This document shows positions 17,947 to 26,965 of a stretch of 64,000 nt of DNA, one piece after another (positions within the stretch are counted from its first letter, which is position 1; each line of letters starts with the position of its first letter). The stretch is from Acidimicrobiales bacterium. Lineage in GTDB: Bacteria; Actinomycetota; Acidimicrobiia; Acidimicrobiales; Aldehydirespiratoraceae. The stretch covers positions 2,375,406-2,439,405 of the forward strand of contig OZ242297.1 in the NCBI GenBank assembly GCA_965207755.1, read 5' to 3'. The notes beneath the pieces are model-generated. The model was not told the DNA's origin and ran no database searches. It worked only from the letters and a program-made list of their open reading frames with translations. The position numbers and the translations under genes are program-made.

Positions 17947-18923
17947 CCCGCGGTGGGCGCCAGCGCTCTGACCACGTCGAAAGCGTCGACACCCTCGACC
18001 GGCAGCACCATGGGCGCGGGGCAGGTCACACCGTTGTCGACGAAGCGCTGGATGTGACGGCGGCACTCCTCGGGCGTGCCGTGCACCAGCAGTTCATCGA
18101 CCACCCGCTCGGGGATCTTCTCCAGGGAGCCTCGACGGTCGCCCGACTCCCACTGGGCCCAATGCTCGCCGAGCGCGTCGGTTCGGCCGAGCCAGGTGTG
18201 GAACGCCCGGTACACCGGGACGTTGAGGTACGCGGCCAGGATGAACCGTCCGGCGGCCACAGCCGCATCACGATCAGGAGTGGGCAGCACGAAGATGCGG
18301 GCCACTGTCTCGGCCGCCGGGTTCTCGTCCCGCACGATGCCGCATACCCGGGCCGCGTCCTGAGCCGACAGCCAGTTGATGATGGCCCCGTCGCCCTCGC
18401 GTGCCGCCAGCCGCAGCATGCGCTCTCGCAGGGCGGCCACGAAGATGGGGACGGGCTCGTCGACCGTCACGCCGAGCCGGAAGCCGCGCACTGAGAAGGT
18501 GTCGTAGTCCTCGGTGACCTTCTCGCCGCTCATCGCCGCTCTCAGGAAGCGGATGGTGTCGCGCACACGCTGATAGGGGCGGTCGAAGGCCACTGCGTTC
18601 CATCGGCCGACGATCACGTCCGACGACGAGCCGATACCGAGCACGAAACGGCCCGGCGCGGCCGAGGCCAGCGACGCCGCCGACTGAGCGAGCAATGCGG
18701 GGCCGCGTGTGTAGACGGGCAGGATGGCGGAACCCAGCCGCAGGGAGGGCGCCCACACCGACGCGAGGGCGAGGATGGTGAGGCCGTCGAAGCCGTCGGC
18801 CTCCGCTGACCAGACATCGGTGTAGCCGAGGTCGACCAGTTCCTCGAAGCGTTCCCGCTGCGTGTGTAAGGGGCCGGCGAAGGGCACGCTGATGCCGCGT
18901 CTTCGGGCGGAAGTCTGAGTCAC
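17943..18923 (-). CDS. LLM-class (luciferase-like) F420-dependent oxidoreductase
   Basis: LGYTDVWSAEADGFD..LGSAILPVYTRGPALLAQ..GRFVLGIGSS is the typical LLM pattern. Confidence 0.85.
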   Translation of the reverse strand: MTQTSARRRGISVPFAGPLHTQRERFEELVDLGYTDVWSAEADGFDGLTILALASVWAPSLRLGSAILPVYTRGPALLAQSAASLASAAPGRFVLGIGSSSDVIVGRWNAVAFDRPYQRVRDTIRFLRAAMSGEKVTEDYDTFSVRGFRLGVTVDEPVPIFVAALRERMLRLAAREGDGAIINWLSAQDAARVCGIVRDENPAAETVARIFVLPTPDRDAAVAAGRFILAAYLNVPVYRAFHTWLGRTDALGEHWAQWESGDRRGSLEKIPERVVDELLVHGTPEECRRHIQRFVDNGVTCPAPMVLPVEGVDAFDVVRALAPTAG

Positions 18924-18961
18924 ACCGACAGGATGTCACACCCCCTCGCCAAGATGTCCAC

Positions 18962-19156
18962 ATGACCGATCAACTGGTTCTAATCGACATCGTTCCCGCC
19001 GAGAAGGCCGACTCACCAAGCACCTGGCAGCTCGACCCCGCCACATGCGCCATCGGCCGGCGCGGCGTCGCCCGGGCCCGCCGGGCGCTGCGGGAAGCAC
19101 GCTCCCACGCCGAGACCGCTACCGTCCCCAGTCCCAACCTGCCCGCCGCTGCCTGA
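18962..19156 (+). CDS. Hypothetical small protein (64 aa)
   Basis: ATG-started ORF divergent from the LLM gene. Composition is plausible but no motif was recognised. Confidence 0.3.
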   Translation: MTDQLVLIDIVPAEKADSPSTWQLDPATCAIGRRGVARARRALREARSHAETATVPSPNLPAAA

Positions 19157-19263
19157 TCACCGAGGCGGCCGCCCTATCGCCCCTGGTCTCCCGCCGGCTT
19201 CGGGGCCCCTGATGGCAGTCCTGTCCATCTCGCGGATCTTTCCCGTGAAGGGAGGCCCACGCT

Positions 19264-19935
19264 ATGCTGCGTCGAACACTCAGGGTGCTGGCAGCCGTCG
19301 CACTGCAGGTGCCCGCGGTCGGCTGCGGAACCGACGACGGAGGCCCCGCTGACCCCTCGGCTAGCGCGCCGGACTCCCGGACGGCCCGGTCGGCCGGCTC
19401 GGACGGTGGCACTGCCGTCCCCGGTGGAGTGGGCGGGCGAGACCCTCCCGCCATCCGGACTCCCGGCGCTGTCGTGGACTCCTCCGGCGGCGAGGATGGA
19501 TGGGTTCCCAACGCGGTCGTGGAGCGCGTCGTCGACGGGGACACGATCGTCGCGAGGATCGGGGACCGTTCCGAGACGGTCCGCCTCATCGGTGTCGACG
19601 CTCCCGAGTCGGTGGCCCCCACCCGGCCGGTGCAATGCTACGGCAAGGAGGCCTCGCTCTTCCTCGCGGCCATGCTGCCGGTGGGAACCGATATCTCGCT
19701 GGTGCGGGATGTCGAGGCCCGCGACGTGTACGACCGGCTGCTGGGCTACGTCGTGCGATCCAGCGACGGCCTCTTCGTCAACCTGGAGCTGGTCGCGGCC
19801 GGCTACGCCGCGGTGTTGAGCTTTCCGCCCAACGACCACTACGCCGGCGTGATGGACCGGGCGCAGACGGAGGCCGTCGCCTCGGGCCGAGGGCTCTGGA
19901 GCGCATGTGGAGGTCCCGACGTGCCATTGGACTGA
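19264..19935 (+). CDS. Thermonuclease (SNase-like) lipoprotein
   Basis: Lipobox-like PAVGCG, then VVDGDTIV..VRLIGVDAPE..CYGKEA..DRLLGYV..LVAAGYA..GLWSAC. Confidence 0.85.
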   Translation: MLRRTLRVLAAVALQVPAVGCGTDDGGPADPSASAPDSRTARSAGSDGGTAVPGGVGGRDPPAIRTPGAVVDSSGGEDGWVPNAVVERVVDGDTIVARIGDRSETVRLIGVDAPESVAPTRPVQCYGKEASLFLAAMLPVGTDISLVRDVEARDVYDRLLGYVVRSSDGLFVNLELVAAGYAAVLSFPPNDHYAGVMDRAQTEAVASGRGLWSACGGPDVPLD

Positions 19936-20002
19936 CCCGGACGCTGCCAGCCCACGCAGGCGCCTGACCGGCACGGCGTCTGCGTGAGGTACCGTCAGGG
20001 CT

Positions 20003-20842
20003 GTGGAATCGCTGGTTGAGCGGCTCGGGCACCCAGCCGACGCGAGGCTCGTGATCGTCAGCGCGGACCGGATCGGCACCACCCACTCCTCCACTGCCGG
20101 CGGCTACCGGGCACTGCGCGACGGCGCGGCCACCACCGGAACGATCGCGATGCCCGGCGCGTGGGCCCGCCATGCCGCGGAGCTGTACCGGGGCGAGGAC
20201 TTGGGCGTCCACCTCACGCTCAATTCCGAACTCGACTGCTTCCGATGGGGTCCGATCACCAACGCTCCGAGCCTGCTCGACGGCGACGGCGGCTTCCCGC
20301 GCACGGTGCACGACTTGTGGGACCACGCCGACCTCGACGAGGTCCGCCGCGAGTGCCGGGCCCAGGTCGAGCGAGCCGTGCTGTGGGGATTCGACGTGAC
20401 CCACCTCACCACCCACCTGTCTGCCCTCCAGCAGCGTCCGGAGTTCTTCGACGTGCTGCTGGATCTGGCGGTCTCGTTCGACCTGCCCGTCCGGCTCGAG
20501 GGTGGTGACGCCGAAGCCAAGGCCGGATTCCCGTTCCGGTCGCTGGCGACGGACGAGGGCATCGTCTTCCCGGACCACTTCCGGCTCGTCCGGGGCGACA
20601 CTCGCCGTCATGTGGCCGAGCGGCTGAGCGATCTGGGTCCGGGGGTCACGGAGTTGTCGCTGCACCCGGCCTTGGACGAGCCCGAGATTCACGCCATCGA
20701 TCCCGCGGCGGCCGGACGGGTGGACGACCTCGCCCTGGCCCTGTCTGCCGAAGTGACCGAGATGCTCCAACGATCCGGAGCCGTGCAGGTCGGCTACCGC
20801 GCCCTGCGCAGCGCCCAGAGGAGGGCCAGGCACCGCATCTGA
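20003..20842 (+). CDS. ChbG/HpnK (YdjC-like) carbohydrate deacetylase family
   Basis: LVIVSADRIG..LGVHLTLNSE..THLTTH pattern. Confidence 0.75.
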   Translation: MESLVERLGHPADARLVIVSADRIGTTHSSTAGGYRALRDGAATTGTIAMPGAWARHAAELYRGEDLGVHLTLNSELDCFRWGPITNAPSLLDGDGGFPRTVHDLWDHADLDEVRRECRAQVERAVLWGFDVTHLTTHLSALQQRPEFFDVLLDLAVSFDLPVRLEGGDAEAKAGFPFRSLATDEGIVFPDHFRLVRGDTRRHVAERLSDLGPGVTELSLHPALDEPEIHAIDPAAAGRVDDLALALSAEVTEMLQRSGAVQVGYRALRSAQRRARHRI

Positions 20843-20853
20843 ATCCGCGGGCT

Positions 20854-21228
20854 TCAGCGCAGCGCGGCGAGGGCTGCCCGGAGCTGGGACGACCGCAGAA
20901 GTGGGCGCCAGCCGTCGAACAGCAGGACCTGGTCCCCTTCGAGCTTCATCCGGCCCGACATGTAGGCAGCCTCCACGGACAGGCCGCCCTCCCAGGCCCG
21001 CACGAAATCAGGATACGACCCGGACAGCACCATGTCGGGCTCCGGGTGGCGCCCGGCCACCACTCCCACGCGGCCATCCGCCACCACCACATGAAAGCGA
21101 GCTGCGCCGGCCGGCGAGCCGCTCACGACGACCTGAGCCACGCCGTCGGCTGAGCCGGGTTCGTCGACCGCCTCCAACTCGGCCGCCACAGCCTCCAACC
21201 ACCCCCCGCCGAGAGGCTCGAGCGCCAT
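20854..21228 (-). CDS. SCP2 sterol-binding-domain protein
   Basis: The true start is MALEPLGG at 21228. The C-terminus ..AAYMSGRMKLEGDQVLLF is SCP2-like. The rest of track ORF 20854..21681 overlaps mca in another frame. Confidence 0.7.
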   Translation of the reverse strand: MALEPLGGGWLEAVAAELEAVDEPGSADGVAQVVVSGSPAGAARFHVVVADGRVGVVAGRHPEPDMVLSGSYPDFVRAWEGGLSVEAAYMSGRMKLEGDQVLLFDGWRPLLRSSQLRAALAALR

Positions 21229-21229
21229 G

Positions 21230-22117
21230 TCAACCGGACTCGCCGGCCGCCCCCGCCCGCAAGCCCGCGAACAGGTCGCGCTCGGGCAACTCTGCGGGAC
21301 GGGGGCCGCGGGCCAGCACATAGTCGTCGTAGGGGTGGATGGACCGCTCGACCTCCGGGGGCAGCCCGAACCAGAAGGTCGACTCGGGATCGATCTGGGT
21401 GGCATGGGCCAGCAGTCCCTCGATGCGTGCGTCGATGAACCCGTCCACGGGAATCTGGGTCGTGATCTGGTCGTCGGTGGAAGGGCGCTCGAACCACCAG
21501 TCGCTGTAGGGGGACTCCAAGCCGAGGTCCTGGAACGCCTGGTGCCGACCCTCGATGCGCTTGCGGGACCAGAGCGTGAAATAGAGCTTGGCCGGCGACC
21601 AGGGCTCGCCCAGGTCGGGGCGGTAGCGGGCGTCGCCGGCGCGCTCGAAGGCAGGGATCGAGACGTCGTGGACCCGCACATGGTCCGGGTGCATGTAGCC
21701 GCCCTGATCCTCGGGATAGGTCACGATCACCTGGGGCCGGTGCTGGCGTATCACCGACACGAGCCGGCTCACCGCCTCGTCCAAGTCGGCGTTGGCGAAG
21801 CAGTCGGGGTGGGCGTTTGCCTCAGACCCTTCCATTCCGGAGTCGCGGTATCCGAGCATCACCACTTCGTCGTAGCCGATCACGGCCGCGGCCCGGGCCA
21901 GTTCCTCGGAGCGTATCTCGGCCAGTTTCCCGGCCATCGAGGGCTTGTCCAGAGCCGGGTTGAGGATCTCGCCCTCCTCCCCCCCGGTGCAGCACACCAG
22001 CACGGTGCGCACCCCCTCGGCATGGTAGCGGGCCACCGTGGGCGCGCCCTTGGACGCCTCGTCGTCGGGATGGGCGTGAACGGTGAGCAGGCAGAGCCGG
22101 CCGGCTGGAGTCGCCAT
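21230..22117 (-). CDS. mca: Mycothiol S-conjugate amidase (Mca), PIG-L/LmbE family
   Basis: LLTVHAHPDDEASKGAPTVARY..VLVCCTGGEEGEILNP, with the start at MATPAG (22117). The CTGGE signature favours Mca over MshB. Confidence 0.8.
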   Translation of the reverse strand: MATPAGRLCLLTVHAHPDDEASKGAPTVARYHAEGVRTVLVCCTGGEEGEILNPALDKPSMAGKLAEIRSEELARAAAVIGYDEVVMLGYRDSGMEGSEANAHPDCFANADLDEAVSRLVSVIRQHRPQVIVTYPEDQGGYMHPDHVRVHDVSIPAFERAGDARYRPDLGEPWSPAKLYFTLWSRKRIEGRHQAFQDLGLESPYSDWWFERPSTDDQITTQIPVDGFIDARIEGLLAHATQIDPESTFWFGLPPEVERSIHPYDDYVLARGPRPAELPERDLFAGLRAGAAGESG

Positions 22118-22167
22118 GGCCGGTGAAGCTAGCGCCGCAACGCACCGCAGCGCACCGCGCCGGGCCG

Positions 22168-23412
22168 TCAGCCAGTCGGCGGGCCTGGCTCCAACGGCTC
22201 GAAGACCATCTCCGTGTCGTCGTCTCTGTTGACGAGCCGCCAGCCGCACATCTCGGCCAGGCGATCTCGCCCCTCGTCCGGTCCGCTGGCGATGAGAGCA
22301 TCGCCGGGCGCGAGCCGCTCCTCGCCGCGCGGCCGGTAGCGGTACTGGCCCCCGCGGCGGATTGCCAGCACGGTGAAGCCGGGCTCGATGTTCAGCCTCA
22401 GGTCGGCCAGCGTCCTGCCGTCGACCACGCACCCCTCCGCCACCGGTATGTGCACCACCACTTCGTCGCTGTCGCCGAGCGCGACCGCCAATATCGGATG
22501 GATGTCTTCCTGGCGCTCGATGATCCACACCATCTGCTGGGCCTGGTCGCCCAGATCCTCCGCCGCCTGCGACAGGTGCAGCAGCCCCCTCAGGCCCGAG
22601 TGGTCGACGTGTTGCCTGGCCGCGCTCAGCACCCACTCCTCCAGGCGGTCCTTCATCTCGTCGAGGCGATCCTCGAGGTGGCGCACCTCAGCGGCCAGGC
22701 TCTCGTCCCGAAGCACCAGCGACGAGTAGGCGAGGCCGACGGCCACCTCCGAGAGGTCCTTCATCTCCACCAGCACGTCCACCGCCCGGTCGAGGTCTGT
22801 GACGACCGGACCGTCGGGCGCCTCCGGCGGCATCCGTACCGGAGACCCGGCCAGGCTGCGCAACTCGTCGATGCCGTCGGGCGAGCCCCGCAGGAACAGC
22901 ACGTCATCGGGGACGAGGACCGTGTCGCCTCCCACATCGGTGATCCATTCTCGCTCCCGGCGCACCGCCATCACCCGCATACCCATCTTTGCCGGCATCT
23001 CGTGGTCGGCCAGGCGGCGGTGGGCCAGAAGCGAGCCGTCCGAGACCAGCACCCGGTACGACACCTCCTCGGCCGCGCTCAGGTCGGCCACGAGCTCCGC
23101 CGGTATGCCGACCCGGTGGGTGACGATGCGGGCAATGTCGACCGCGTCGTTGGCGATGCGCTCGATGGCGGAGACCACCTGCAGCACCGACGACATGCCG
23201 TCGGCGTCGCGGGGGTGGCGCACGGCCAGAATGCACACCGCCCTCATGTCCTGGACCAGATGGCTCATCCGCTCCTCGAGCGCGCCCACCTCGTCGGCCA
23301 TGCCGGGATCGCCGAAATAGAGCGCGGCGTAGGCCAAGTCCACCATCAACTCGGAGGTGTCCTTGGCCTCGGCCAGCATCTCCCGCAGATTGCGGGGTCC
23401 GTCTTCCATCAA
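22168..23412 (-). CDS. PhoU-like plus TrkA_C (RCK_C) repeat regulatory protein
   Basis: Two copies of a helical PhoU-like segment, each followed by an RCK_C-like block (..GMRVMAVRREREWITDVGGDTVLVPDDVLFLRG..). Confidence 0.75.
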   Translation of the reverse strand: MMEDGPRNLREMLAEAKDTSELMVDLAYAALYFGDPGMADEVGALEERMSHLVQDMRAVCILAVRHPRDADGMSSVLQVVSAIERIANDAVDIARIVTHRVGIPAELVADLSAAEEVSYRVLVSDGSLLAHRRLADHEMPAKMGMRVMAVRREREWITDVGGDTVLVPDDVLFLRGSPDGIDELRSLAGSPVRMPPEAPDGPVVTDLDRAVDVLVEMKDLSEVAVGLAYSSLVLRDESLAAEVRHLEDRLDEMKDRLEEWVLSAARQHVDHSGLRGLLHLSQAAEDLGDQAQQMVWIIERQEDIHPILAVALGDSDEVVVHIPVAEGCVVDGRTLADLRLNIEPGFTVLAIRRGGQYRYRPRGEERLAPGDALIASGPDEGRDRLAEMCGWRLVNRDDDTEMVFEPLEPGPPTG

Positions 23413-23464
23413 CTCCCTCCCGGAATCATCGTAGGTCTCAAGGGCGGCGCCGTGCCCATCGGCA

Positions 23465-23518
23465 CCCGCTCGTTTTCGCTCCGCTCACCGGCCGCTCGGG
23501 CCACGGCCTCGCTCGGAC
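23465..23518 (+). repeat. Interspersed repeat, copy B (diverged)
   Basis: CCCGCTCGTTTTCGCTCCGCTCACCGGCCGCTCGGGCCACGGCCTCGCTCGGAC lies in the 148-bp gap between two co-directional genes. Confidence 0.6.
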
Positions 23519-23560
23519 CGGCGCGAGGACACTCCTGAAGCGCTCCCTCCCGCTCGGCCT

Positions 23561-24802
23561 CTATGCAACCCCCACCAGCACCACCGAGACGATCAGGGTG
23601 AACGCCCCGGCCAAGTCCAGCGAGGAGGTGACCATGGGAATGCCGTAGGTGTCGGGATCGACTCCGAACCGCACGGCCGCGAGCGTCCCGTAGTAGGCGA
23701 CCACCACGATCAGCACCGTGGCCAGCAGTCCGCCGAGCACAGCAACCGCTGCCAGGTCGGCCAGCGGGGGGCCGGCATGGCCCGCCAGGCCCGCCGCCAT
23801 CGACGACACCAGGCCGAGCAGCGCGAACACCGGGAGCGACAGCGCGAAAGCGGTGGCGAGTTCGCCTCGCGCCTCCCCCGAGGGCACTACGGAGGGCCGG
23901 GCCAGGCCGAGGTGCAGCTTGGTGGACAGACGGCTCGACAGCACCCCCCCGAGCGCCCCGGCCGTGGCCAGGTAGCCCGGCAGCAGAACGAGCAGCGCCG
24001 GGAAGGCGACGAAGTCGTCGATGCGCTTCTCGACCGTGATCCCGGCCACCAGGTCGAGCATTCCCGCCGCGATCAGCACCGGCATCGACTCGCGCATGAT
24101 CGTGCGCAACTCCAGCAGCCTGCTCCGCAGCCCCCACGCCACCGACAACGCGGCCAGGACTCCCAGCGTCCACGCCGTCGACGGCGTGAGTATGTCGAAC
24201 CCTGCGAGTTCGGCCGCCACCACCAGCGAGGGCAGGGTGACCACATCGCCTGCGACCGTCACCATCGGCGCGACCACGTTGTCGAGGTCCCAGCCGAACC
24301 GCACGGCGCCGGCCGTGGTCGCCAGCGTGATCGCCAGCACGACGAAGGCCGCCATCAGACACCCCAGCGCCGAGATCACCACGAAGTCCGCGAGGCTCAT
24401 CGTCGGCGAGACGTCGAAGACCAGCGCGACGACCTTCGCCATGATGGCCAGCACCACACCCAGCGCGAGACTCAACGCCACCGATGCCGCCGCGTTCTGC
24501 GCCATCACCGAGTCCCGCCGGCTCGACAGCCGGAAGGTGCCCGCGTGGATGGCGGTGCCGAGCCGGCTGCCCAGAGCCCCGAAGATGTTGCCCTTCACCG
24601 CGACGGCCGCCGGCACCAGCAGCAGCAGGCCGGGCAATTCCTCGAGGGTGTCGGTGATGGAGGCGAGGATCAGGCCGGCTACGAGGCTGGCGAGGGCGGC
24701 CATCACCAGCGCGGCGAAGGCACTGCGCACCGCCAGCAGGTCGCGCACCCAGCGCGCGGCCGCCCGCGTCAGCGCCTGAGGAACACGACCGCGTGCAGCC
24801 AT
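23561..24802 (-). CDS. MgtE-like divalent cation transporter with duplicated TM domain (SLC41-like)
   Basis: The start is MAARGRV at 24802. Two repeats of ..PGLLLLVPAAVAVKGNIFGALGSRL.. / ..FPALLVLLPGYLATAGALGGVLSSRL.., each followed by DPD/DLDN..P motifs. Confidence 0.8.
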   Translation of the reverse strand: MAARGRVPQALTRAAARWVRDLLAVRSAFAALVMAALASLVAGLILASITDTLEELPGLLLLVPAAVAVKGNIFGALGSRLGTAIHAGTFRLSSRRDSVMAQNAAASVALSLALGVVLAIMAKVVALVFDVSPTMSLADFVVISALGCLMAAFVVLAITLATTAGAVRFGWDLDNVVAPMVTVAGDVVTLPSLVVAAELAGFDILTPSTAWTLGVLAALSVAWGLRSRLLELRTIMRESMPVLIAAGMLDLVAGITVEKRIDDFVAFPALLVLLPGYLATAGALGGVLSSRLSTKLHLGLARPSVVPSGEARGELATAFALSLPVFALLGLVSSMAAGLAGHAGPPLADLAAVAVLGGLLATVLIVVVAYYGTLAAVRFGVDPDTYGIPMVTSSLDLAGAFTLIVSVVLVGVA

Positions 24803-24880
24803 GCGGCAAGTGTGCTCCATCAAGCGGAGCTTCGGCGCGATCTTGCGCGTGGCATCGTCTCGCTTGGCTACCGTGAAGGC

Positions 24881-25675
24881 GTGACAGTGATCGCTCTGGT
24901 GAACCAGAAGGGCGGAGTCGGCAAGACGACCACGGCGCTCGGACTGGCGTCGGCTGCCTGGGCACGACGGATTCCATGCCTTGTGATCGACCTCGATCCT
25001 CAGGGCAACGCGACCACCGGACTCGGGCTGTGGGCGCCGGACACCACTGTGGACGAAGCCCTGGCGTCCGACCGGCCGGGAGCGGTGGCGAGCCTGGCCG
25101 TCCCGTCGGGATGGCCCGACGACAAGGGCCTGCCTCCGAAGGCCGTGGCGTCCACTCCGGCACTGGCGGGCCGGGAGCGGCAACTGCTCTCCGACCCTGT
25201 CGGCGCTCAGGACCGCCTCCGGGTGGCGCTGTCGGGCAACCAGAGCCTCGTGCTGATCGACTGTCCCCCGTCGCTGGGACTCCTGACCATCAACGCCCTG
25301 TTCGCCGCAGACGAGGCCCTAGTCGTCACCGAGCCGAGCGCGTGGGCCTCCGACGGGGTCAGCGAGATCATGCGGACCATCGAACGCGTCGCTGCGAGGA
25401 AGCCGTCCGGCCTCCGGACTGCCGGAGTGGCCGTCAACCGCCTCGCGCGCACCCGGGATTCCCGCTACTGGAACGAGCAGCTCATCGCCGACCACGGGCA
25501 GCAGGTGCTGCCTCCGGTCCGCTTGCGGGCTGCCGTGGCGGAGGCCGCCGCTCGCTCACGTCCCATTCACGCCCTGCCACCCCGTCGAGGCGCAGCCGAG
25601 GCGTGCGCCGAGTTCGACCTCCTCTACGATCTAGTGGTCGGCACACCGGCACCGGAGGATCGCAATGGCCTATGA
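24881..25675 (+). CDS. ParA/Soj-family ATPase
   Basis: Deviant Walker A NQKGGVGKTTT, then DLDPQGNAT and LIDCPPSLG. GTG start at 24881. Confidence 0.85.
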   Translation: MTVIALVNQKGGVGKTTTALGLASAAWARRIPCLVIDLDPQGNATTGLGLWAPDTTVDEALASDRPGAVASLAVPSGWPDDKGLPPKAVASTPALAGRERQLLSDPVGAQDRLRVALSGNQSLVLIDCPPSLGLLTINALFAADEALVVTEPSAWASDGVSEIMRTIERVAARKPSGLRTAGVAVNRLARTRDSRYWNEQLIADHGQQVLPPVRLRAAVAEAAARSRPIHALPPRRGAAEACAEFDLLYDLVVGTPAPEDRNGL

Positions 25676-25940
25676 CCCCCAGCGCGACCAGCCCCGCTAC
25701 CGGCCCAGCGGGAACGGATCCTCGGTAGTCGACAGCCTCCTCGACCCTGCGCCCGCCCCGCCGCGACCCAGCCAGGGCGAGCCCCCTCCGACGCCGGGTC
25801 CAGGAATCGCCTCCGAAACACCTGACGCCTGGAGCGAGAGGCTGCTGTGCTCTGCGGGGATCTCGGCGGTGCTGGGCACAGCGGTAGGCCTAGTGGTCCT
25901 CGGGCTGCTCTGGAAGGCCCGGAGGCGCCGCGCGCGGTGA
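25665..25940 (+). CDS. Pro-rich small membrane-anchored protein
   Basis: The ATG overlaps the ParA end by 11 nt. C-terminal TM segment (AVLGTAVGLVVLGLLW) followed by KARRRRAR. Confidence 0.4.
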   Translation: MAYDPQRDQPRYRPSGNGSSVVDSLLDPAPAPPRPSQGEPPPTPGPGIASETPDAWSERLLCSAGISAVLGTAVGLVVLGLLWKARRRRAR

Positions 25941-26001
25941 CCGGCGCAGCGGAGCGGAGCAGGTCCCCGCAGCGTCGGGCGGACGCTCCCCGTCGGCGCA
26001 G

Positions 26002-26892
26002 TTAGCCGGCCAACCTCATCAGGTACTCGTCCTCGGCGGCCCGGAACTCCTCTCGCCGGAGATTCTCGGCCCGGCCCTCCGGGCAATGCTCGGCGTAGGA
26101 GCAGTAGCCGCAGAGCGGACCGGGCCGGGCCGCGAAGTCATCGACCTCGCAGGCATCTGCGATGGCGTCCCATGTGGACTTCAGCTGCTCCACAGCGCCG
26201 CCGGTCTCGTCGGGGGTCGAGGCGGTCGCCACGGTCTTCTGGCCGAGGTAGAGCAGCTGCGCCCTGACCGGCTGCTCGCCCGTCTCCTCGGCTATCGCGG
26301 CCGCGTAGAGCAGCACCTGCCGCAAGCGTGCAGGCGCGTAGCGGGCCGTGGGTGCCCGCCCGGACTTGTAGTCGCTTACCACGAGGCCGTCGGCCTCCCT
26401 CTCGAGGCGGTCCACGACTCCCCGGAAGGGCACGTCGCCCAGCACAACCGACACCTGCTCCTCAGTGGCCTCGACTTCGACCTGGGCCGGGTCCTCCAGG
26501 CGCCACAGGCCCTCGATCGCTTGCCAGGCGCGCCAACGGAACGCCCGAGCCTCGTCATCGCTCAACTCGAGCTCCCTGTAGTCGTCGTCCTCGGCCACCT
26601 CGGGCCACACCGCCCGAGCGATCCGCTTGGCATCCTCCTTGCTCCGCCGAGCCGGTGCCCGCATCATCAAGAGCTCGAGCACTCGATGGGCGAACGTGCC
26701 GACGAGGGCGTCCTCACCCGGGGGGTCGGGCAGGCGGTCCACATAGCGGAATCGCCAGCGGCGGGGGCACTGCTCGAAGGTGGCCGCCCCCGACGGTGAG
26801 AGCCTCGCTGGCCGGCTCGGGCGACCGTGCGCGCCGACCGCCCCGACGCCTGCCGGGTCGAGCATGTCGGCCGGATCGAACTCGAGCTGCAT
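26002..26892 (-). CDS. PD-(D/E)XK nuclease, RecB/AddB/Cas4-like with Cys cluster
   Basis: Motifs FEQCPRRW, GVVDRLE..LVVSDYKSG and C-terminal CGYCSYAEHC. Confidence 0.8.
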   Translation of the reverse strand: MQLEFDPADMLDPAGVGAVGAHGRPSRPARLSPSGAATFEQCPRRWRFRYVDRLPDPPGEDALVGTFAHRVLELLMMRAPARRSKEDAKRIARAVWPEVAEDDDYRELELSDDEARAFRWRAWQAIEGLWRLEDPAQVEVEATEEQVSVVLGDVPFRGVVDRLEREADGLVVSDYKSGRAPTARYAPARLRQVLLYAAAIAEETGEQPVRAQLLYLGQKTVATASTPDETGGAVEQLKSTWDAIADACEVDDFAARPGPLCGYCSYAEHCPEGRAENLRREEFRAAEDEYLMRLAG

Positions 26893-26965
26893 GCCGCCGT
26901 TCTAGTCCATGGGTGAGACAGCGGCAGGGATGGACAAGCGCCGGACCGGAGCGGGCGGGCCGCTC

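Noticed and set aside
20854-22636. N-terminal extensions of track ORFs 20854..21681 and 21230..22636.
   Set aside because: The upstream parts are low-complexity and overlap the neighbouring gene. Conserved N-termini (MALEPLG.. at 21228, MATPAGRLCLLTVHAHPDDE at 22117) give compact, non-overlapping genes.
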